This document shows, one piece after another, positions 14,887-27,678 of a DNA stretch of 64,000 nt. Under the pieces are notes generated by a model, which was not told where the DNA came from, did not search any database, and saw only the letters and a list, made by a program, of their open reading frames with translations. Location of the stretch: positions 20,832,001-20,896,000 of the forward strand of contig OZ024749.1 of NCBI GenBank assembly GCA_964016885.1. Direction: 5' to 3'. The DNA is from Eledone cirrhosa (lineage: Eukaryota). The position numbers and the translations under genes were made by a program. The first letter of the stretch is position 1; each line of letters begins with the position of its first letter.

Positions 14887-15068
14887 GTTTCTACTTTTGG
14901 CACAAGGCCAGCAATTACCCAGTGCATTACTGGTACTTTATTTTATCGACCCCGTAAGGATGAAAGGCAAAGTTAACCTCGGCGGGATTTGAACTCAGAA
15001 TGGCAAGGGCCGTAACTCTATGCGTCAAAGCATAGCGTCAGACCCTCTACGATACTGCCAATCCACCA
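14883..15068 (-). mobile_element. Family-1 SINE
   Basis: Reverse-complement SINE consensus, near identical to copies at 23675 and 29079. Confidence 0.85.
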
Positions 15069-15364
15069 TATATATATATATAATAATTATTATTTCATTT
15101 ATTAGCCACAAAGGCGACATGTAGGAGACAATACAAAGACAGGGACAGTGGGGGTTTGCAATAAGGTCGAGTAAAAGTGCGCAATGACAAGACTAATTTA
15201 ACAATGAAGATAATAATAATAAGGAGTTGACGGACCCAGCGTATTTATCAATGCCAGGACCGGTTGTATCTCAGTGTACTCAACAGGCAATGTAAGATAT
15301 ATTCCCTGAGTATACACATAGTTATTCGCTTCAATACAACGTAAAACGGGTGCCTGTAACAGTT

Positions 15365-15477
15365 CCCGGACTCGAGTTTCGGCCGCACTTAATGCAGCAG
15401 TAGGGTGAACTGCACCCTCCGTCTGCATATATATTATGTAACAATGCATAATCGGCGTATGCGGCTTCATCAGCGGG
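15365..15477 (-). ncRNA. Type I hammerhead ribozyme (intact core, branched stem II loop)
   Basis: Minus strand: cccg CTGATGA agccgca [long loop] tgcggcc GAAA ctcgagt C cggg. Palindromic stem III ACUCGAGU, GUC cleavage triplet. Confidence 0.85.
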
Positions 15478-15518
15478 TATCGCCTAATCAATAACCAATC
15501 GATCGACAGAATCCAAAC

Positions 15519-15628
<110 letters not shown>

Positions 15629-15834
15629 TGTCGGTGTTGGTTGGTGGGAAGGTTAGTGATGATGATGATTATGATGGGGTGAGGAGAGAGGGGGTAGTGG
15701 GGACGGTGGTGGAGGTGGTGTGGTGGTGGTGGAGGTGGTGGTCATTTAAGTAATCCATACCATGTGAATGGCGTCCTCTCGCTGGTCATTGCAGTTGGTT
15801 TTACTGCAGTTGACTTTTACCCTGATAATAACTT

Positions 15835-15871
<37 letters not shown>

Positions 15872-15989
15872 TACACACACATGCACACACGCACACGCAC
15901 ACGCACACGCACACGCACACGCACACGCACACATCACACTCCATCTCTCTCTCTCTCTCTCTTTGCTGTTACAGTTGATACTGTTTTTA

Positions 15990-16600
15990 CCGTTGTGGCT
16001 ATAGTTGTTGCTATTGCTTTTGTTATTGTTGCTGTTGCCGTTGTTGTTGTTCTTGGCGCTATTGTTGTTGTTGTTCTTATTAGTGATATTGTTGTTGTTG
16101 CTATTGTTTGATGCTGATGTTGTTGTTATTAGTGTTATTGTTGTTGTTGTTGTGCTATTGTTGTTGCTGTTGTTGTTGTTAGTGCTATTGTTGTTGCTGT
16201 TGTTGTTGTTAGTGTTATTGTTGTTGTTGCTATTGTTTGATGATGTTATTAGTGTTATTGTTGTTGTGCTATTGTTGTTGCTGTTATTGTTGTTGTTGTT
16301 GTGCTATTGTTGTTGCTGTTGTTGTTGTTGTGCTATTGTTGTTGTTGTTGCTATTGTTGTTGTGCTATTGTTGTTGTGCTATTGTTGTTGTGCTATTGTT
16401 GATGCTGATGTTATTGTTGTTGTTGTTGCTATTGTTGTTGTTGTCGTTGCTATTGTTGATTTGGATGTTATTGTCAATGGTCCTGACTTTACCGTTTCTC
16501 TTGTGGATTTTATGATACTGTTGTTGTTGTTGCTGCTATTAAAGATCTTGCTGCTGCCATTGTCATAGTTGTTGTTGTTGTTGTTATTGATGTTATAATA
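15990..16600. repeat. Degenerate (TTG)n array
   Basis: Directly visible. Confidence 0.9.
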
Positions 16601-17079
16601 GCTATCAAAGCTAATGAATATAGAATTAACCTCCACGTAACCCGATTTCTCCTCCCCCTCCTCTATACCTCCATAACACCTCCCCTCCTTCACCCTCACA
16701 TACACAACACCCTTCACAGCCCCCCTCCCCCACAACCTCCCCTCCACCACCCACCACATACACACAACAATCTCCCCCCACTCCGTCTCCATCCATACCC
16801 ACATACCCTATCTCCCCACTCCCTCCACCCCCCCCACACACACAACACTCTCCACAACCCCCTCCCATTCCACTCTCCCCTACACACATACAACACCTCC
16901 AACATCCCTCCACAACAACCTCCCACGCCCCCTCCACATATACAACCCTCCCCCACTCCTCCACACAATATCCCTCCCCCACATTAGACCAATTCACACA
17001 ATTCAACCAAATGTTTTGCTGACCAAGGTCACGCCCATCTCATCAGCAGGGTAAACGATGGACAATAAATGTAGTAGGA

Positions 17080-18610
17080 GTGGTGGTGGTGGTGTAGTAG
17101 TAGGGGTAGTAGTGGTGTGGCAGTGATGTAGTAGAGAGGTGTAGTAGCAGTAGTAGTGGTGGTGATGGTAGTGGTGTGGTGGTGATGTAGTAGAGAGGTG
17201 TAGTAGCAGTAGTAGTGGTGGTGATGGTAGTGGTGTGGTGGTGATGTAGTAGAGAGGTGTAGTAGCAGTAGTAGTGGTGGTGGTGGTAGTGGTGTGGTGG
17301 TGATGTAGTAGAGATATGTAGTAGCAGTAGTAGTGGTGGTGACGGTAGTGGTGTGGTGGTGATGTAGTAGAGAGGTGTAGTAGCAGTAGTAGTAGGGGTG
17401 GTGGTAGTGGTGTGGTGGTGATGTAGTAGAGAGGTGTAGTAGCAGTAGTAGTGGTGGTGATGGTAGTGGTGTGGTGGTGATGTAGTAGCAGTAGTAGTGG
17501 TGGTGGTGGTAGTGGTGTGGCGGTGATGTAGTAGAGAGATGTAGTAGCAGTAGTAGTAGGGGTGGTGGTAGTGGTGTGGTGGTGATGTAGTAGAGAGGTG
17601 TAGTAGCAGTAGTAGTGGTGGTGATGGTAGTGGTGTGGTGGTGATGTAGTAGCAGTAGTAGTGGTGGTGGTGGTAGTGGTGTGGTGGTGATGTAGTAGAG
17701 ATATGTAGTAGCAGTAGTAGTGGTGGTGACGGTAGTGGTGTGGTGGTGATGTAGTAGAGAGGTGTAGTAGCAGTAGTAGTGGTGGTGATGGTAGTGGTGT
17801 GGTGGTGATGTAGTAGCAGTAGTAGTGGTGGTGGTGGTAGTGGTGTGGTGGTGATGTAGTAGAGAGGTGTAGTAGCAGTAGTAGTGGTGGTGATGGTAGT
17901 GGTGTGGTGGTGATGTAGTAGAGAGGTGTAGTAGCAGTAGTAGTGGTGGTGATGGTAGTGGTGTGGTGGTGATGTAGTAGAGAGGTGTAGTAGCAGTAGT
18001 AGTGGTGGTGATGGTAGTGGTGTGGTGGTGATGTAGTAGCAGTAGTAGTGGTGGTGGTGGTAGTGGTGTGGTGGTGATGTAGTAGAGAGGTGTAGTAGCA
18101 GTAGTAGTGGTGGTGATGGTAGTGGTGTGGTAGTGATGTAGTAGAGAGGTGTAGTAGCAGTAGTAGTGGTGGTGATGGTAGTGGTGTGGTGGTGATGTAG
18201 TAGCAGTAGTAGTGGTGGTGGTGGTAGTGGTGTGGTGGTGATGTAGTAGAGAGGTGTAGTAGCAGTAGTAGTGGTGGTGATGGTAGTGGTGTGGTGGTGA
18301 TGTAGTAGAGAGGTGTAGTAGCAGTAGTAGTGGTGGTGATGGTAGTGGTGTGGTGGTGATGTAGTAGAGAGGTGTAGTAGCAGTAGTAGTGGTGGTGATG
18401 GTAGTGGTGTGGTAGTGATGTAGTAGAGAGGTGTAGTAGCAGTAGTAGTGGTGGTGATGGTAGTGGTGTGGTGGTGATGTAGTAGAGAGGTGTAGTAGCA
18501 GTAGTAGTGGTGGTGATGGTAGTGGTGTGGTGGTGATGTAGTAGAGAGGTGTAGTAGCAGTAGTAGTGGTGGTGATGGTAGTGGTGTGGTGGTGATGTAG
18601 TAGAGATGGT
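17080..18610. repeat. G/T-rich minisatellite with 59-bp and 46-bp unit variants
   Basis: Unit gtagtagagaggtgtagtagcagtagtagtggtggtgatggtagtggtgtggtggtgat; the short variant lacks agaggtgtagtag. Confidence 0.9.
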
Positions 18611-18719
18611 AGAGGTCACAGGAAGATTACAACATGGGCAACATGGACACATGTATATGTGTGTGCGAGTGTGCATGTATATATATATGCGTGTGCGTTT
18701 ATGTAAATTATATATACTA

Positions 18720-19018
18720 GTGAAAGGTATGTTTCTAACTCGCTCATATATTCACACAGCTTATGCTGACAGAATAACCATGTTGCTTATGTTTCTTTCC
18801 ATCTTCGGTTAGCTTTCCCCTGTGTTGTTTACTTGTCTCACTCGCTTTACGCGTTTCAATTGTCCTAATAACTTATTTTAGTTATTATCGCACCAACGTG
18901 AGGTATATGATTTTTAATGCGATGAAATACCAATGATCGTTGGCGAAATCACTGATGAGGGACTCATTTTATAACATGTAATCCATGTGCAACCATGCAG
19001 TATTCTTCTCCCCATATT

Positions 19019-19020
<2 letters not shown>
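18720..19020 (+). mobile_element. Non-autonomous repeat family A (copies at 28295-28840 and, inverted and diverged, 27690-28120)
   Basis: cgctcatatattcac...ctcgctttacgcgttt...gaaataccaatgatcgttggcgaaatcactgatgagggactcatttt is shared with 28565-28835. Confidence 0.75.
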
Positions 19021-19076
<56 letters not shown>

Positions 19077-19083
<7 letters not shown>

Positions 19084-19295
19084 TAACAAATTAAAGTTTA
19101 AGCAAAGAATCGCTGCTTTCACCCTTAACGGGATTTTCAGAAGATCCCGTTAAGGGTGAAAGCACCGACTCTTTGCTTAAACTTTAATCTGTTATTTTAA
19201 TAAATATTTGCTCTACGGTTCTTATATATTTGATATATATTTATCCTTATCGAGCCCTCTTTGGATTTTAGTCTTCAAATTTATTATTATTACTA
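19077..19295. mobile_element. Foldback repeat family B with about 60-bp inverted arms (copies at 29266-29480, related at 40395-40520)
   Basis: aaataacaaattaaagtttaagcaaagaatcgctgctttcacccttaacggga / tcccgttaagggtgaaagcaccgactctttgcttaaactttaatctgttatttt. Flanked by (TA)n. Confidence 0.8.
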
Positions 19296-19669
19296 TATAT
19301 ATATATATATATAATCGTTTCCTGGGTCCTGTATTTTCGTTGCTCTAGTGATGCGGCTGGACTGCCGACCGCTATATCTGATTTGCTAAGCTGTCTGAAC
19401 GTAATGTTATTACTCTGGGGTCTTTCCTCATCTGAGTGCTCAAGTTACAGACCGATTATGCATATACGCTAGCTTGGCCGTATTCTAAAGCTTCGTCAAT
19501 GCTGTACTAAAATTTATATATATATTTAGGTTTGAAGGTTCACCACTGGATAGAGCTGGTCAATTCCGTATGGTCAATCTTGATGTAATAATATGGAGAG
19601 TACTCAACGTAAAGCAGCACCACCGTCTTCGTTTGTGTAGTTGGTGGTGCGAGTACGGAGTTAAATATT

Positions 19670-20000
19670 ATAATAAAATAACAGGAGGCTGGACTTGTGT
19701 ATAATAAATGATCATAGTATAATAAACCTTGAAAGGTTTATTATACTATGATCATTTCAATGACCGGGTTCCGTATGAATCTGGTGATATCATCAGGTAT
19801 TCGAAATATAATAAATGAATGTAACAGATAAAATCCATGGGGCTGAAAATCATAGACCCGAGGACGACCGACCATCTAGCATCTTCCACTTTAGCCGGTC
19901 ATCACCGGATTCATAAGGAACCCGGTCATTGAAATGATCATAGTATAATAAACCTTTCAAGGATTTACACAAGTCCAGCTTCCTGTTATTTTATTATTTA
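19670..20000. mobile_element. Tail-to-tail inverted pseudo-LTR element (Penelope-like)
   Basis: Arms about 19670-19790 and 19900-20000 are reverse complements, with a nested near-perfect palindrome at 19706-19757. Contains a hammerhead. Confidence 0.75.
19743..19800 (-). ncRNA. Type I hammerhead ribozyme (eroded stem II)
   Basis: Minus strand: atac CTGATGA tatcaccagattcatacggaacccggtcatt GAAA tgatcat A gtat. Palindromic stem III AUGAUCAU. Confidence 0.7.
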
Positions 20001-21349
20001 CTATATATATATATATATAAGCAAAAGGAATATTTAATTTGTTGGTAATTCAACAAATATATATATTTATAACTGATTCAAAGCACTCGACAAGTTTTCT
20101 GATATTAATAAATGGAAACTATATTTATACTACTATATATATTTTAAGGGTACCAAAACTTTGGTACGCACTCATCAGATAAAATACAAAGTTTGTTTTA
20201 TAAATATTGACATATCCAGGAAGGAGATCTTAACGGTTCAAGTTTTTCCTGGATAGTTAGGGGTTGTCCTCCCCCCCCCACCCACCCCCAACATTTTTAC
20301 GGTGAATTTTTCGAATGTTTGGGGCCTCATAACTTAACTAGCACAGGGCCTCATTTGTCCTAAATCCGGCACTGACCAAACTGTGTGTGTGGGGGGGGGG
20401 GGGTAGTAATATCCGTATGTGTGAAAAAATAAAAAGGTAAGCAGTGCTCAATCGAGAAGAGAGCAGAAATATTTATTTATGTTCATACATGGAACAAAAG
20501 CGCCACCTATGGCTTTAGGTTAGATCTTTAAGTTAGATCTTTACTTCCAAAAAAACTTCTTTCATCTTTGAAGCCGTAACTCCTGATGAGGTCGTAGGGG
20601 CACCCTGGTAACATACGGCATTTCTAGGGCATTTTTAAAACCTGGCAGAGCCCATTTCCTCCCCAGGTCTGATTACAGCAGATTTCTTCCAGAGAAGAAT
20701 AGAAAGTGAGAGGCAGTGAAAGTGAGAAAGAGATACAGAGGAAGAACCGGTCCCAGTACTTCACTGGGACTTTTTTTTATCGACCACGAAAGGATGAAAG
20801 GTAAGTCAGCGGGATTTGAACTAAGGGCAGAGAACGAATACTGCCAAACCTTCTATCCGACGTTCTAACAACTCTGCCAATTCACCACTCCCAAAGAGCT
20901 ACCACCGCTCATCTAAATATATTCTATTACCATGTCATGACAGTCACATGAAAGACGTTCGTAGTAATTCGGTGTGACGGTTTCAAATCCTAAACCGGCT
21001 TTAAAAGAATTCAACTAATTCAACTCCATTATCAAACGTAACGCTTCTTGCTGCTGATACTACTACTGCTACTACTGCTGCTGTTACTACTACTGGTGCT
21101 ATTACTACTGCTGCTGCTACTATTGCTGCTGCTACTGCTACTACTACTACCACCTCTACTGCTGCTGCTACTACTAATACTACTACTGCTGAAGCTGCTG
21201 CTGCCACTACTACTACTACTACTACTTTATGTCTATATCTATATTTGTATACCTTTCTATCTAGCTGGATAGTAAATGAGAGGGAGAGAGAGTGAGGAAG
21301 GGGTGTGTGAAAAAAAGAAAGCTGTGAAATCCCTTCTGATTTCCTCCCC

Positions 21350-22530
21350 CTCTCACCACTCCTACCACCACCACCACTATCACAACCAACACAACCACCA
21401 TCATCATAATCATAATCACTACCACCACCACTACCACCCCATCACCACCATCACTTCATCGCCACCCTCACTACAACCAACACCACCAACACCATCACCA
21501 CCTCCACCACCACCACCATCAACACCAACACCACCAACACCATCACCACCACCGTCACCACCACCACCACCACTACCTCCCCTCCCCCCATCGCCACCAC
21601 CAACACCAACACCGTCAACACCAACACCACCAACACCATCACCACCACCGTCACCACCACCACCACCACCGTCAACACCAACACCGTCAACACCAACACC
21701 ACCATCACCACCACCGTCACCATCCCCCCATCGCCACCACCAACACCGTCACCACCAACGCAACCAACACCATCCATCCCCCATCGCCACTACCACCACC
21801 AACACCACCACCACCACCCTCCTACACCCACACATCCGTCCAATGGAGGACCACATTAATAATTCATTAAGTTAAGTGTTGTTAGAAAAATGTTGGATGA
21901 CGACATGGTGGAAAGATTCTTCTAAATATCCATTTACTCATCACACCTCCACCACCACCACCACCTCCACCACCTCCACCACCACTACCTCCACCACCAC
22001 CACCACTACCTCCACCACCACCACCACCTCCACCACCACTACCACCACCGCCACTAATGTTACCACCACCACCACTACCTCCACCACCATCTCTACTACT
22101 ACCACCACCATCTCTACTACTACCACCACCACCACCACTACTACCACCACCACCACTACCTCCACCACCATCTCTACTACTACCTCCACCACCACCACCA
22201 CCACCTCCATCACTACCACCACCGCCACTATTGTTACCACCACCACCACCATCTCTACTACCACCACTACCGCCACTATTGTTATCACCGCCACCACCAC
22301 CACCACCACCACCACTACCACTACCACCACCGCCACACTACCGCCACTATTGTTACCACCACCACCACCACTACCACCACTACCACCACCGCCACTATTG
22401 TTACCATCACCACCACCACTACCACCACCGCCACACTACCGCCACTATTGTTACCACCACCACTACCACTACCGCCACTATTTCTTATCATCATCATCCA
22501 CATAACCACCACCTCCACCACCACCATCAA
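21350..22530. repeat. Degenerate (ACC)n/(CAC)n arrays
   Basis: Directly visible. Confidence 0.9.
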
Positions 22531-22604
22531 GTGTATAAAAACACACACTACTACAAAAATTAACATCACAACATTTCATTCGTCGGAGGTAATATGTTGT
22601 AAAA

Positions 22605-22810
22605 GCGCGTGGCTGAGTGGTTAGAGAATTGGATTCGCAATCAAGAGCTTGTGAGTTCGGTTCCCGGATCGGGTGACGCGTTATGAGCAAGATACTTTAT
22701 TTCACGTTGCTCCTTCTACCTGGAGTTACGACCGATAGAGAGTATTAGCAATTGGAAAGACCAATGGAAACATTGTATCCTCGGTCCGATTTGACGAAAG
22801 TCGATCGTCT
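22605..22810 (+). mobile_element. tRNA-derived SINE family 2 (also 9600-9700, 27380-27585, 40165-40375 minus; 61675-61880 plus)
   Basis: tggctgagtggttagagaattggattcgcaatc...gtgagttcg (A/B-box-like), then gagcaagatactttatttc...gaccaatggaaacattgt. Confidence 0.8.
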
Positions 22811-22859
22811 ATATATATACACACACACACATATATATACACACACATATATATATATT

Positions 22860-23160
22860 TAAGTTAACAAGGTATCGTTTAGGGTAATCCAAGTAGAGAT
22901 TGTGAATACTCTGTGTCGAGGATTGTTTTAACGTTCGGCGTTGTTTGACTCAACAAGGAGTTTCCTTCGTTGGGTGGCCGATTTAAGAACGTTCCTAGGT
23001 AAGCGGTTCTTGCAGTAATGATAGTAAATGAGTGCAGAATACGATGGTCGGCTGTACAATAGGGCTTATTCAAAGTATTAACAATTGTTTCATTAGTCCG
23101 ATGTGTCTAAAAATCGCTGTTCGTAAAATGCTACGTTACTCGATTTTAATTATAGACACA
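22860..23160 (-). mobile_element. Hammerhead-family element, inverted relative to the copy at 26521-26690
   Basis: Minus strand ...tttagacacatcggactaat GAAA caattgt T aatactttgaataagccctattgtacagccga matches 26595-26660. The 5' half of the core is lost. Confidence 0.7.
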
Positions 23161-23272
23161 CCCTCTCACACCCAGGACCCTATATAGCAAACATTACCAT
23201 CAATATTCACCTCCATTAAGATAACACTTCAAAATATCCCAATCCTAATTACCCATCTGTTATCATTATCTT

Positions 23273-23848
23273 TATTGGCAGTATCGGTAGAGGGTCGGAC
23301 GCCATGCTTTGACGCACAAAGTTACGTCCCTTGCCATTCTGAGTTCAAATCTCGCCGAGGTTAACTTTGCCTTTCATCCTTACGGAGTCGATAAAATAAA
23401 GTACCAGTCACGCACTGGAGTCGATTCAATCGACTTTCCCCTCCGCCAAAATTGCTGGCCTTGTGCCTATATAACAATTATTATTATTATTATTATTATT
23501 GCGGTGAATTGGCAGTATCGGTAGAGAGTCGGATACCATCCTTATGGGGTCGATAAAATAAAGTACCAGTAATACACTGGAGAATTTCTGGCCTTGTGCC
23601 AAAAGTAGAAACAATTATTCAGTCCTTTGTATTGTCCCCTATATGTCTGCCCTTGTGGCCAATAAAGGAAATCAGTGGATTGGCAGTATCGGTAGAGGGT
23701 CGGACGCCAAGCATAGAGTTACGGCCCTTGCCATTCTGAGTTCAAATCCCGCCGAGGTTAACTTTGCCTTTCATCCTTACGGGGTCGATTAAATAAAGTA
23801 ACAGTAATACACTGGGATAATTGCTGGCCTTGTGCCAAAAGTAGAAAC

Positions 23849-23888
<40 letters not shown>

Positions 23889-23935
23889 GGGGTCGATAAA
23901 ATAAAGTACCAAAGTAGAAACAATTATTATTATTA
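23273..23935 (+). mobile_element. Cluster of 3-4 family-1 SINE copies/fragments with (TAT)n tails
   Basis: Repeated ttggcagtatcggtagagggtcggacgcc and ggggtcgataaaataaagtacc. Confidence 0.85.
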
Positions 23936-23939
23936 TTGG

Positions 23940-26445
23940 CTGCTGTCAGTCAGTCGTGTTATTGGAGCTCCGCAAAAGTAGGACATTTTCTGTTTATTTT
24001 CATTTATAATAATTGTTGTATACTTTCAAAAGAGTCGTAAGACTTTCGTCTTTGTCCTGTGAAGGGGGGACTTATTTAATATTTGTAATATTTGGGCCTT
24101 TTGGCCCAAATATTTGAACTTTTTGTATTAAAAAAAAAAAAAAGAATTCTAGAAAAAAAAAAGAAAACATGGCTGAGCCACGTCCCCCCAACGTCTGCTG
24201 TCGTGTGGTAGCGACCTAAATGTTGAGTGGAAGGAAGCGGCAAACACAATGAATTATACTACAAATACATTTAGCAACATCACCACAAACAGCGTGTACA
24301 GCTGCAGCAGCAACACCAATACTGAGAACAATAACCTTTAAAAAAAAACAAAATAACAACGACAACACCAACCACAGCAGTAACAGCGACAACACCAACC
24401 ACAGCGACAACACCAACCACAGCAGTAACAGCGACAACACCAACCACAGCGACAACACCAACCACAGCAGTAACAGCGACAACACCAACCACAGCAGTAA
24501 CAGCGACAACACCAACCACAGCGACAACACCAACCACAGCAGTAACAGCGACAACACCAACCACAGCGACAACACCAACCACAGCAGTAACAGCGACAAC
24601 CAAAAGCGAGACAACAGAAATGATGACAACAAAAACAACAACGAAATTAACACCACTAACCAGAACATAAACAGCACCAACAGCAACAATACCAACTGCA
24701 CCGAGAACAACAACGGCGGCACCAAAGATATAACCAACTGCAACACTAATAACAGCAACAACACCAACAAGAACAACGACAACAACAAAACTTTCGCTGC
24801 GACAGCAGCCAAGAAAAGGCCATGCTTCAACATGGACTTGACAGACAAGGAGACAAAGTTGGCCAAGGCATGGAAGCTCATGAAACAGGAACAAACCTGG
24901 GCCAACTTAACTGTCCCGGCAGTGGCCATAGAAGCAGTGGAGAAGAGAACTCTGGTCTTTAGATGCATTTCAGCTGAGACGAAAAGAACCACAAACTCTC
25001 CCCAAGCAGACGTCGAAGCTGTGCTGAGGTGCATCAGAGGAGATACAGAGTACGTAGCGAGGGGTCAACAATACGGCACCATCTTGGTGATGTTTAAGTC
25101 GGAGGCCCTCGCTTTGAAGCACTCGACGACCCCTTGCAAAACCAGCAAGGTTATTATATACCCCTCCTACATGGGAAAAAGAACAATTAGAGTCCGCATT
25201 CCCAGGATTCCACCTGGACTGGATATGTGGTAGCTCTTGGGATGCGTGATTGTAGAGGGGTCAGATGCCGTCCCAATAGAGGTAACCAGGACAGGAAGAG
25301 AGGACTGGTCCGGGGTTGATCTGGAGATACTTCTCCAGATCAAACCTGAAGAAAAAAATTAAAATCCCGGAACAGATCCGCCTTCAAAACTGATGGCTGA
25401 GGGAAAAGGTCGCACTGTTTCAGTTGCGGCAAAAAAACACACTTGCGAGTCTTCTGCCCTCAGCTGTTGAAAAATTCAAGGGGCCAAAAGTCTCCGCTGC
25501 TGCCGACGCCGGGGCCTCATCGCGAAATAACAACACCAACAACAAAATCTGCAGCAGCAACACCAGCAGAACCAACAATAGCTGCAAAGACAACCAAGAC
25601 CACCCAGGAGCCAATCCAAAGAAGCTCTCCCACTCGCTCCCTCTCGAACACACACACCCAAATACGTACTGCCACTTACATCTGACACAAACACAGAAAC
25701 TTCTTCATCACTGAGCGAAGATGAGGAACACCAAAAGCCAAAAAAAAAAAGAAAAAAAAAAAAAGAAATCTCACAACAGCAAACAAAAAAGACACATTCG
25801 CACCAAACACATACTACAACACCCACCCCCACAACAACACAACCGTCAACACAAACACCATCTCCGCCAACAACGCAACCACTAACATAAACAACTAAAA
25901 GAAAACACACACAGCAACAACTTACAACCACAACAACACCTAACTTCTTGTTAGTGAGGAAATCGAACACAAAACTACTGAAGCTCATAACACGAAGTAA
26001 GGAAATAGAGAAAGACGGGGAGGCGTTTAACACCTGCACCTTCAAGGTGCCTCAAACACTTTTGCTGGTGTATTTATAACACAATTATAACACAATTAGA
26101 GAGGGCTTCCCAAGTTCGCGCCTCGCCAACTTGGAACGGTTCCTCTTCAAATTCTTGTGGAGGGGACAGGTGTGGTCGCCGTAGGTGGGTGAATTTGAGG
26201 AGAAGGTGCCCTTCCCTGGTGCTCTCGAAGCGTCGGGTCGTTCAGGATTGGTGGGATACCTGAGTGAATCCTGGGTGGTGATCTCCTCATTGGGGAATTG
26301 TCCTTGTATTTTTATTGTTATTTTGTTATTATTATTTATATTGTTTACACGTTGTATATGTAAATCCCCACTGTCCCTGTCTTTTGTATTGTCGCCTATA
26401 TATGTCGACCCTTGTAGCCAATAAATGAAACTATTATTATTATTG
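23940..26445 (+). mobile_element. Internally deleted Tx1/L1-clade LINE remnant
   Basis: Disrupted ORF1 (N/S/D/T-rich repeats, YPSYMGKRTIRVRIPRIPPG) with a CCHC knuckle CFSCGKKTHLRVFC at about 25415-25456. Short ORF2 remnant SRLANLERFLFKFLWRG at about 26115-26165. 3' end cccttgtagccaataaatgaaac followed by (TAT)n. Confidence 0.75.
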
Positions 26446-26520
26446 TTGTTATTGCTTTTATTCTTGTTATTTTTTCCTGTATCTATAAATACTAGCGCAC
26501 TGTATCATATACACAGATCA

Positions 26521-26629
26521 GTATTCTGGTGATTTGGTCGGGTGTCAATTGTAATTAAAATCGAGTGACGTAGCATCTTACGAACAGCGATATTTAGACA
26601 CACCGGACTAATGAAACAGTTGTTAATAC
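26521..26629 (+). ncRNA. Type I hammerhead ribozyme (A6>G variant, long stem II)
   Basis: gtatt CTGGTGA tttggtcgggtgtc [loop] gacacaccggactaat GAAA cagttgt T aatac. Stems I and II pair; stem III is near-palindromic. Confidence 0.7.
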
Positions 26630-26692
26630 TTTGAATAAACCCTATTGTACAGCCGATCCACGTTACTCTTCACTCATTTACAATATACATAC

Positions 26693-26769
<77 letters not shown>

Positions 26770-27582
26770 ATACATACATATTTGGAAAGGGAGTAAGGTT
26801 CTATACAAAACAGGGGTTATAGAGAAAAAGTGGAATTGGAAATAGCACGGAATTTAAGGATCTGTTTTTCTTTTTTTCTTCTTTGATTCGTCAAAGTGAC
26901 GTTATTGAAAAATGAGAGGAACAAGTCTTTAAAAAAGGAATTTTAAAATGTATATAAAATATATAAAATATAACCGGTTTCGATGTATTAGTGTAAACCA
27001 TCTTATAAAATGTTGAATATTACAATTTAAAAGAATTAAAAAGAATTTAAAAAATTTAAATTTAAAATTAAGTGTCTGTTCATCTTTCTTGTGAAGACTG
27101 GGTCTAAAATGGATCCTTATATATATATATAGAAAGAGAGAGAGAGAGGTAATCATAGTACTACTACCTCTACGGCGGGCTTCTGCAGTTTCCGTCTACT
27201 AAATTTCATTCATAAGGCATTAGTCAATCCGCGACTATAGTGAAAGACACTTGCCCAAGGGGCCGCACAGAGGAACTGAACCCAGAACAACGTTGTTGCG
27301 AAACTTGCTCCATACACCTATACCTGCGCCTAAAATATATATATGTATTTATCGACAGTCGACAAGATCCCAGACTTCATTCACTTCACGATTGGGGTGG
27401 AACTCGTCAAATCAAACCGAAGAAACAATGTTTCCATCGGTCTTTCCTAATACTATCTATTGGTCGCAAGTCCAGACAGGAGCAACGGGAATCAAGGACA
27501 TAACGCATCGCCTGGTCTGGGAATCGAAATCACAATCCCACGATTGTGAATCCAGTTCTCTAACCACTCAGCCACGTGCCTT

Positions 27583-27678
<96 letters not shown>

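Noticed and set aside
17003-18676. 557-aa His/Thr/Pro-rich ORF
   Set aside because: Stop-free strand of a 59/46-bp minisatellite that cycles through frames.
20080-20185. CTGATGA...GAAA on minus; similar partial cores at about 20583, 31095-31125, 38243 and 54155
   Set aside because: Stems could not be closed or half of the core is missing; at most decayed relics.
21276-22563. Extensin-like Pro/Thr-rich ORFs
   Set aside because: (ACC)n microsatellite translations.
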